A program made the translations under genes and the position numbers. From positions 1,949-65,948 of the forward strand of contig JBOFEG010000021.1 of the NCBI GenBank assembly GCA_051647685.1: a stretch of DNA of 64,000 nt, in the 5' to 3' direction. Origin of the DNA: Chlamydiales bacterium (GTDB lineage Bacteria; Chlamydiota; Chlamydiia; Chlamydiales; CALTSX01). Numbering within the stretch: the first letter of the stretch is position 1; every line of letters begins with the position of its first letter. This document shows positions 57,618-64,000 of the stretch, one piece after another. The notes under the pieces were generated by a model. That model had not been told where the DNA came from. It worked only from the letters and a program-made list of their open reading frames with translations, and made no database searches.

Positions 57618-57790
57618 GAATGGTTATTCTCCTTCAAAATTATTAAATATAAAATATAGTAAAGAAATAAAGTGATAGTGCATTTGACACTAAACTTTAC
57701 TGAAATTAGTGAAGCATATCAACTTATTATTAAGGGTTCAATAGAAAATGAAAGGCGCCAGCGTATGTAACGCCTTCAAAAATAGAGAAG

Positions 57791-58060
57791 CTACTTACGA
57801 AGGGATAGGGCGTCAATTATTTTTTTATATCTCTTAGTATTTGTTGCATTGAGATAATCTAATAATTTCCGTCGCTGTCCAGTTAACTTAATCAACTCAA
57901 GTCGTGAATGAGAATCGTTTTTTGCTGTCTGAAGATGCTCAGTTAAACGCGTAATACGTTCTGAAAGAAGTGCAATTTGTACATCTGCAGATCCCGTATC
58001 CTTTTCATGTAGTTGAAACTTTTTTGTAACCTCTTCCTTTGTACCTTTATCCAAAGACAT
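57791..58060 (-). CDS. rpsO: 30S ribosomal protein S15
   Basis: 89 aa. [23 protein letters not shown]...[20 protein letters not shown] is typical of S15. It lies upstream of pnp, as in many bacteria. Confidence 0.95.
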   Translation of the reverse strand: MSLDKGTKEEVTKKFQLHEKDTGSADVQIALLSERITRLTEHLQTAKNDSHSRLELIKLTGQRRKLLDYLNATNTKRYKKIIDALSLRK

Positions 58061-58214
58061 GTTAAATTTCTCCCAAAGATCTAATGAAAAAACTAAATAA
58101 TAAGACTACCCTAGTATAGCAGTATGCGAGTTAAATATTCAATCTTTAATAAGGAGGCGTGAAGAAAAATGAATTCTGCAAATAAATTTTATGGTTTCAT
58201 CTTAAGGATATACG

Positions 58215-58685
58215 ATGTTTTGTGATGATGAGAAAAACCATACTCTATATATGTCAGAGGCCTTACATGAGGCTCATCTAGCTTTCTCTGCAGAAGAAGT
58301 TCCCGTTGGTGCAGTCATTGTTTATAATGGGGTAATCATTGCAAGAGATCATAATCGAGTAGAAGAAAAAAAAGATTGTACAGCTCATGCAGAAATACTT
58401 TGTATGAGACAGGCTATGCAAGTCATTGGAGATTGGCGTTTGACTGGTGCCACACTATATACAACGCTAGAGCCCTGCAGCATGTGTGCTGGAGCTATAG
58501 TACTTGCCCGAATTCCTAGGATAGTATGGGGGGCTCCTGATATTCGATATGGCGCTAGCGGCACTCGAATCAATTTATTCTCTACTCTGGATTCTGTGCA
58601 TAAGGTCCATGTAGTAAAAGGAATATGCGGAATTGAATCCTCGAAATTATTAAAAAATTTTTTTTATAACAAAAGGATTAATTAG
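58215..58685 (+). CDS. tadA: tRNA-specific adenosine deaminase
   Basis: CDA-fold zinc motifs HAEILC and PCSMCAGA. Confidence 0.9.
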   Translation: MFCDDEKNHTLYMSEALHEAHLAFSAEEVPVGAVIVYNGVIIARDHNRVEEKKDCTAHAEILCMRQAMQVIGDWRLTGATLYTTLEPCSMCAGAIVLARIPRIVWGAPDIRYGASGTRINLFSTLDSVHKVHVVKGICGIESSKLLKNFFYNKRIN

Positions 58686-58691
58686 AAGTCT

Positions 58692-58928
58692 ATGAAAAAT
58701 TTATTAGATGAATTAATACTTCACCAAAAAGCTCGATTATTTGCCCTTGCCAGAGAAATCGTCCCATATATTACAACCGATGATTTACTCCAACCCTGTG
58801 ATTTTCCTGAGCTTGAAAACCACGCATACTTTCGATACGAAGAAGGACTACTCGCTGGATTATTGACAGTTCAGTCAGCATTTTTATCCCGAAATCGACA
58901 AGATGATTTTTCAAATCAGATTAGTTAG
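58692..58928 (+). CDS. hypothetical small protein
   Basis: 78-aa ORF starting 6 nt after tadA, so probably co-transcribed. No motif recognised. Confidence 0.45.
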   Translation: MKNLLDELILHQKARLFALAREIVPYITTDDLLQPCDFPELENHAYFRYEEGLLAGLLTVQSAFLSRNRQDDFSNQIS

Positions 58929-59022
58929 AAGATTGATATCTTAATATAAGAAAAGTACTTGAGTTTAAGAATAAAAGAGATAATAATTATAAAACTTTAT
59001 TTCGATATTAAATAGGTAGAAT

Positions 59023-59403
59023 ATGAAAAAACAAGGTCATCCAAAATATCAAGAAACAGTTTTATTTATAGATACGGCATCAGGTGCAGTATTTCCATGT
59101 GGTAGTTCTGTACATACTACAGAAACACAAATCGCTGATGGAACTATCCCCGGGACAATAAAAGGACAAGAATATCCGATATATCGGGTCCCTATATCAT
59201 CTGTTTCTCACCCTTTCTTTAATAAAAGCAAACAATTTATTGATACAGAAGGGCGCATTGATCGATTTAAAAAACGCTATACGGATAAAGCTGCTGAAAG
59301 TGCGAAGCTTGCTAGTGAGGGTAAAAATACTCTCTCCAAAAGTACTATTAAAAAGAAGCGGTCTGTTAAGCCTGTAACTAAGAAGAAACCGCCTACTAAT
59401 TAA
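59023..59403 (+). CDS. rpmE: 50S ribosomal protein L31 (type B-like) with Lys-rich C-terminal extension
   Basis: MKKQGHPKYQETVLFIDTASGAVFPCGSS...HPFFN is L31-like and lacks the CxxC zinc motif. The basic tail makes it 126 aa. Confidence 0.85.
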   Translation: MKKQGHPKYQETVLFIDTASGAVFPCGSSVHTTETQIADGTIPGTIKGQEYPIYRVPISSVSHPFFNKSKQFIDTEGRIDRFKKRYTDKAAESAKLASEGKNTLSKSTIKKKRSVKPVTKKKPPTN

Positions 59404-59414
59404 ACTATTTTTAT

Positions 59415-60476
59415 ATGCAAGAAAAAATTGAGAAACTGCTGCTGCGTCTGAATGAAATAGAGGTCCTCCTTGAGGATCCTAATTTGTTTCAAGATAAAAA
59501 AAATTATAAACAAATCATGCAAGAACATGCAGCGTTACTTAGATTGCGGGACGCATGGCTTACTTATCAACAGGTAGGGGATCAGTTAAAAAATAATAAA
59601 GATCTTTTAGCGCGAGAATTAGATGCAGAATTTGCTCAACTTATCTCAGAAGAAGTAGAGAAAAACGAAGAAAACTTGATTACTTTACAGGCTCAACTCG
59701 AAGATTTGTTGGTTCCACCAGATCCTAATGATAGTCGATCTGTTATTTTGGAGATTCGAGCTGGAACAGGGGGGAATGAGGCAGCTATATTTGTTGGAAA
59801 CCTTGCTCGAATGTATCAGAACTATGCTTCTAAAAAGGGTTGGCATATGGAAATACTTTCAGCTACTCCATCAGAGGCCGGTGGTTTTAAAGAATATATT
59901 GTTCTTGTTTCAGGATCGAATGTATATCGCATCATGAAATATGAGGGCGGGACACATAGGGTTCAGCGAGTTCCAGAGACTGAAGCGAATGGTCGTATTC
60001 ACACATCCGCAGCAACGGTGGCCATCTTGCCAGAAGTCAAAGAAGAAGAGGTGAAAATTGAAGATAAAGATTTACGCATAGAGACAACTAGGTCATCTGG
60101 AGCTGGAGGACAGCATGTCAATACAACAGATTCTGCTGTAAAGATTACACATATTCCAACGGGAATCTCTGTCGGATGTCAAGAAGAGAGATCACAACAT
60201 AAAAACAAAGAAAAAGCCAAAAAAATTCTTCTTGCTCGGATTCGTGATAAGGAAAAAAGCAAGCAACAACAGATGGTTGCAGATCTCAGATCCACACAGG
60301 TGGGCTCTGGTGATCGCTCTGAAAGAATTAGAACCTATAATTTCCCACAGAATCGAGTGACAGATCATAGAATTCATTTAACTCTGTATGATTTAGATCG
60401 AATTATGGAGGGCGATATGGATGAGCTAACGCAAAGTTTGGTACGACATTACCACCAACAAAAGGTAATCACATAA
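59415..60476 (+). CDS. prfA: peptide chain release factor 1
   Basis: GGQ motif (SSGAGGQHVNTTDSAV) and an RF1-type tripeptide region (RVQRVPETEANGRIHTS). Confidence 0.97.
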   Translation: MQEKIEKLLLRLNEIEVLLEDPNLFQDKKNYKQIMQEHAALLRLRDAWLTYQQVGDQLKNNKDLLARELDAEFAQLISEEVEKNEENLITLQAQLEDLLVPPDPNDSRSVILEIRAGTGGNEAAIFVGNLARMYQNYASKKGWHMEILSATPSEAGGFKEYIVLVSGSNVYRIMKYEGGTHRVQRVPETEANGRIHTSAATVAILPEVKEEEVKIEDKDLRIETTRSSGAGGQHVNTTDSAVKITHIPTGISVGCQEERSQHKNKEKAKKILLARIRDKEKSKQQQMVADLRSTQVGSGDRSERIRTYNFPQNRVTDHRIHLTLYDLDRIMEGDMDELTQSLVRHYHQQKVIT

Positions 60477-60490
60477 ATGAGACTATATTT

Positions 60491-61339
60491 ATGCGAACAA
60501 TTAAAAAAATGTTGTATCTCTCCACGAGATACTTAGACGAAAGAAATATATATCCTGCCCGTAAAACAGCAGAAGACATTGTAGCTTTTGTATTGAAGAT
60601 GTCTAGAGTCGATTTATATTTACAATTTGATCGCAAAGTTCTACACAAAGAATGGCATGCGTGTCTTTCCTATCTTAAAAGAAAGGGGGGAGGAGAACCG
60701 ATAGAACACATGATTCGAAATGTCGAATTTTTTCAATGTCAAATTGGAGTTACTCCAAGTGTTTTGATTCCTCGCCAAGAAACAGAAATCTTGCTCTGGA
60801 AGGCTTGCCAATACATTAAAGAGGAAATTCCTGAAGATGCAGTCGCCTGGGATCTTTGTACTGGGAGTGGGTGCCTTGGCCTTGGTCTCAAAAAAGCTTT
60901 TCCAAAATTTACGGTAACATTATCCGATATTTCCCCAGATTGCATAGATGTAGCTAAAAGAAATGCTAAAAAAAATCGACTCGATGTATTTTGTTTAGTA
61001 GGTAATTTATTAGATCCATTTAAAGGTGAAAAAGCACATGTAATTCTCTGTAATCCTCCCTATCTCTCTATAAAAGAGTTTGAGAACTTGCATTCTGGGG
61101 TTAAAGACTTTGAACCTACAACTGCATTGCTTGCTGGGGAGACTGGGCTTGAATTTTTTGAAAAACTCTCTATTATTTTGCCAGAATTTCTTTATTCGAA
61201 TGGTTGGGTCTTTTTAGAAATTGGCGCATTACAAAAATTGGACGTAGAAAGAATTTTTTCCCATAGTAAGTGGAAAAGAATTATTAGTGATAAAGATTGG
61301 TCAGGGAAAGATCGATTTATTTTTCTTCAAAAGTCATAA
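60491..61339 (+). CDS. prmC: release-factor glutamine N5-methyltransferase PrmC (HemK)
   Basis: SAM motif WDLCTGSGCLGL and catalytic NPPY (ILCNPPYL). It lies directly downstream of prfA. Confidence 0.9.
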   Translation: MRTIKKMLYLSTRYLDERNIYPARKTAEDIVAFVLKMSRVDLYLQFDRKVLHKEWHACLSYLKRKGGGEPIEHMIRNVEFFQCQIGVTPSVLIPRQETEILLWKACQYIKEEIPEDAVAWDLCTGSGCLGLGLKKAFPKFTVTLSDISPDCIDVAKRNAKKNRLDVFCLVGNLLDPFKGEKAHVILCNPPYLSIKEFENLHSGVKDFEPTTALLAGETGLEFFEKLSIILPEFLYSNGWVFLEIGALQKLDVERIFSHSKWKRIISDKDWSGKDRFIFLQKS

Positions 61340-61360
61340 CGCTTTGTTGGGGTAGGAAAT

Positions 61361-62698
61361 ATGTTTGAATCATTAACAGAAAAGTTGCAGGGAATATTTT
61401 CCTCTTTTCGGTCTAAAGAATTAACGGAAAAAAATCTAATAGATGCCACTCGAGAAATAAGGCTTATTTTATTAGAGGCAGATGTAAATTATACAGTAGC
61501 AAGTAAATTAATTCATTCTATTAAAACAAGAACGATTGGAATCAAACGAATAGCCTCTCTTTCTGTAGAAGAACAGTTTGCAACTATCGTTCACGAAGAA
61601 CTTATAAGAATCATGGGAGAGACAGAAGCTCTTATCGAAACGAATTCATTTCCCTCTGTATTTATGCTATGTGGCTTGGAAGGATCTGGAAAAACAACGA
61701 CTTCAGTCAAACTTGCAGCTTATCTAATAAAAAACAACATCCGAAAAAAACCATTATTAATAGCAGCCGATTTGCTACGGCTTGCTGCTGTCGAACAGCT
61801 AGAGTTACTCGCAAAGAGTCAATCTATACCCGTGTTTTCAGAGCGAGATGCTAAATCTCCAATCGATGTAGTTCAAAATGGGCTTGCTTATGCGGCGCAA
61901 GAAGGCTTCGATGTAGTGATTATTGATACTGCTGGTCGCCAACATGTAGATACTGCATTAATGGATGAATTGAGTCAAATTCGGCATGTTTCCCGACCGT
62001 GTGAAGTTTTTCTCGTTATCAATGCAACTCTTGGACAAGAAGCTGTGAAAATTGCTGCAGAATTTGACAAAGTTGTATCTGTAACGGGTCATATTTTGAC
62101 TATGCTAGATTCGGGAGCTAAAGCTGGTAGCGCTATTTCTATTTTATCGGTTACCAATAAACCTATTAAATTTGAAGGAACGGGAGAGCGAATTGATGAT
62201 TTTCAAATTTTTAATCCAGTCTCTATGGCAGATCGGATACTCGGAAGAGGGGATATTATTAATTTAAAGAAACAGATTGAAGCCCATATTAGTGAGGAAG
62301 AAAGCGCGAATCTCGAGAAGAAGTTAGATAAAGCTAGTTTTACCTTTGAGGACTATTTGCAACAAATGTCTTGGATTAAAAAAATGGGATCTCTCAAGAA
62401 AATATTTTCCATGCTTCCTGGAATTCCTTCGATGAAAAATATGGAATTGCCAGAAAAAGAGATGGAAAGGATCCGAGCCATAATCTATTCTATGAACCTC
62501 TCAGAGAGGAAAGGAAGCGAGGAATTAACCCCACCAAGAAGAAGACGGATTGCAAAGGGCAGTGGTACATCGATTGAAGAAGTAAATAAATTAATTAAAG
62601 GGTTTAAACAAATCAAACAATTCATGAAACAACCGCAATCTATAAAAAAATTTCTGCAAGATTCTAATATTAATACTTCCCTTTTTCCTAAGAAATAG
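61361..62698 (+). CDS. ffh: signal recognition particle protein Ffh (SRP54)
   Basis: NG domain with GLEGSGKTTT, DTAGR and a C-terminal Met-rich M domain (MGSLKKIFSMLPGIPSMKNM). Confidence 0.97.
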   Translation: MFESLTEKLQGIFSSFRSKELTEKNLIDATREIRLILLEADVNYTVASKLIHSIKTRTIGIKRIASLSVEEQFATIVHEELIRIMGETEALIETNSFPSVFMLCGLEGSGKTTTSVKLAAYLIKNNIRKKPLLIAADLLRLAAVEQLELLAKSQSIPVFSERDAKSPIDVVQNGLAYAAQEGFDVVIIDTAGRQHVDTALMDELSQIRHVSRPCEVFLVINATLGQEAVKIAAEFDKVVSVTGHILTMLDSGAKAGSAISILSVTNKPIKFEGTGERIDDFQIFNPVSMADRILGRGDIINLKKQIEAHISEEESANLEKKLDKASFTFEDYLQQMSWIKKMGSLKKIFSMLPGIPSMKNMELPEKEMERIRAIIYSMNLSERKGSEELTPPRRRRIAKGSGTSIEEVNKLIKGFKQIKQFMKQPQSIKKFLQDSNINTSLFPKK

Positions 62699-62792
62699 TA
62701 GGAAAAATGGGTTTTATCTAAAAATCATCTCGATTTTTTATTGGGAACATTTTACAATAGCCTCTTTAAAAAAAGAAATTTAGGAGATTTTT

Positions 62793-63044
62793 ATGCTCAA
62801 AATTCGCATGTGTCAAACAGGCAGACTGAATCGTAAATGTTATCGATTAGTAGTGACTGATGCCAAATCTCCTCGGGATGGTAAGTATATCGAAATGGTG
62901 GGTTCTTATAATCCACATCAAGATAATGATAATGTAAAGATCCAAGAAGATCGGTTAATTTATTGGCTTGAAAAAGGTGCTATGATGACTGAGAAAGCGA
63001 AAGCACTTGTTAAACGCACAGCTCCTCAAGTATTAAAAAAATAA
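62793..63044 (+). CDS. rpsP: 30S ribosomal protein S16
   Basis: MLKIRMCQTGRLNRKCYRLVVTDAKSPRDGKYIEMVGSYNP. AGGAG sits 7 nt upstream. Confidence 0.95.
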   Translation: MLKIRMCQTGRLNRKCYRLVVTDAKSPRDGKYIEMVGSYNPHQDNDNVKIQEDRLIYWLEKGAMMTEKAKALVKRTAPQVLKK

Positions 63045-63066
63045 TTCATCAGAGCACACGAATGCG

Positions 63067-63735
63067 ATGAATATTACAATTCTTACCCTTTTTCCTGAGT
63101 TTTTTAATGGGCCATTTAATGTAAGCATTTTAAAACGTGCACAGGAAATGGGATTATTACATATTCGAATAGAAAATATTCGAGATTATGCGCGAGATAA
63201 ACATAGTCAAGTGGATGATCGACCTTATGGTGGCGGCCCTGGAATGGTTTTAAAACCAGAACCGTTACTTAGAGCAATTCGCAAAGTTCGTACTGAGGAT
63301 TCGCGAGTTATATTTTTGTCTCCCCAAGGAAAACCTTTTCAGGCATCTATAGCCAAAGAATTTGTAAAATGTAAACATATTGTGTTGCTATGTGGCCATT
63401 ATGAAGGCATTGATCAAAGGGTACTAGACGAAGTAAATGTCGAACTGAGCGTTGGTGATTTTGTTTTAACAAGTGGTTGCCCTGCCGCAGTGTTAGTGAT
63501 TGATGCTGTTGTTCGATTTATTCCTGGAGTGCTAGGCGATCCATTATCAGCAGAGAGGGATTCTTTTGAGCAAAAGGGATATTTGGGCGCACCTAAATAT
63601 ACCAGACCTGCTGTGTTTGAAGGGAAAGAAGTTCCAAGTGTATTGCTCAGTGGCAATCATAAAAAGATTGATGAATGGAATGCAGAGCAATCGTATGAGA
63701 AAACAAAACGCGTTAGACCCGAATTATTAACTTGA
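63067..63735 (+). CDS. trmD: tRNA (guanine37-N1)-methyltransferase
   Basis: ILTLFPEFF, DDRPYGGGPGMVLKPEP and LLCGHYEGIDQRV. Confidence 0.95.
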   Translation: MNITILTLFPEFFNGPFNVSILKRAQEMGLLHIRIENIRDYARDKHSQVDDRPYGGGPGMVLKPEPLLRAIRKVRTEDSRVIFLSPQGKPFQASIAKEFVKCKHIVLLCGHYEGIDQRVLDEVNVELSVGDFVLTSGCPAAVLVIDAVVRFIPGVLGDPLSAERDSFEQKGYLGAPKYTRPAVFEGKEVPSVLLSGNHKKIDEWNAEQSYEKTKRVRPELLT

Positions 63736-63782
63736 GCGGTTAATATAATAACTGCTAAAAAAGATTAGCTAAGGAGTTAGAT

Positions 63783-64000
63783 ATGAGCACTAATGCCATA
63801 ATCAAAGAAATAGAAACACCACTCTTGAAAAAAGATATTCCGTATTTCTCTATCGGTGATGAAATTAAAGTTTCTTTTTCTATTGTTGAAGGTGAAAAAG
63901 AGAGAATACAATCATTTATTGGCACAGTGATTGCGAGAAAAGGACGTAGCATTTCAGAAACAGTTTCGCTTTATAGAATCGCGCATGGATCGGCTATGGA
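63783..64000 (+). CDS. rplS: 50S ribosomal protein L19, 3' end outside window
   Basis: My translation from ATG 63783 is MSTNAIIKEIETPLLKKDIPYFSIGDEIKVSFSIVEGEKERIQSFIGTVIARKGRSISETVSLYRIAHGSAM..., which is the L19 signature. It is not in the ORF track because it runs off the right edge. Confidence 0.9.
   Translation, partial: MSTNAIIKEIETPLLKKDIPYFSIGDEIKVSFSIVEGEKERIQSFIGTVIARKGRSISETVSLYRIAHGSAM

Noticed and set aside
56324-57675. ORFs 56324..56680 (-), 56512..56997 (+), 57206..57439 (-), 57285..57470 (+) and 57490..57675 (+) within or at the edge of pnp
   Set aside because: All lie in alternative or antisense frames of PNPase. None has a motif or plausible start context.
59415-60476. Programmed +1 frameshift site in the release-factor gene
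   Set aside because: The gene is RF1-type and reads as one uninterrupted 353-aa ORF. The autoregulatory frameshift is a feature of prfB (RF2), not prfA.
62720-62739. AT-rich hairpin AAAAATC-ATCTC-GATTTTT after ffh
   Set aside because: The 7-bp stem is almost pure A/T, so its stability is doubtful. ffh and rpsP may be co-transcribed.
63414-63952. Minus-strand ORFs 63414..63656 and 63755..63952
   Set aside because: They are antisense to trmD and to the rplS start region. The plus-strand translations are textbook TrmD and L19.

Overview
AT-rich, gene-dense bacterial chromosome segment that I assign to the phylum Chlamydiae. The evidence is a shikimate cluster with a fused aroD/aroE, a polymorphic-membrane-protein (Pmp) autotransporter with a PMP middle domain, an FtsH of about 916 aa with a long N-terminal domain, a tgt-yhhQ pair, and two housekeeping blocks whose order matches my memory of Chlamydiaceae synteny (lptF/G-tilS-ftsH ... 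pnp-rpsO-tadA, and rpmE-prfA-prmC-ffh-rpsP-trmD-rplS). About 70 features are listed: roughly 45 confident housekeeping CDS, tRNA-Ala(UGC) and tRNA-Ile(GAU), one good rho-independent terminator, and many interrupted genes. Three themes stand out. (1) A lineage-specific island of about 4.6 kb lies between ftsH and pnp. It holds a fragmented membrane-anchored TPR protein of about 600 aa with a polymorphic-toxin-like C-terminal layout. Two tandem paralogous 193/194-aa ORFs that could be immunity genes follow it 4 nt downstream, then a third small frameshifted ORF, and two small paralogs sit on the opposite strand. This is my best candidate for an undescribed system. (2) Gene decay is widespread. 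Frameshifts at homopolymer tracts (aroK, a NifS-like gene, FkbM methyltransferase, a pmp-like gene, the toxin-like gene) coexist with clear nonsense mutations and deletions (LysR, miaB, pmp barrel loss). (3) Several individual oddities were found: a citrate-synthase-fold protein lacking all catalytic His/Asp residues next to mdh, a coiled-coil plus C1q/TNF-like ORF pair, and a secreted-type chorismate mutase. No CRISPR array, rRNA gene, transposase or integrase was seen. All homology calls are motif recognition by eye, and my homopolymer counts need computational confirmation.
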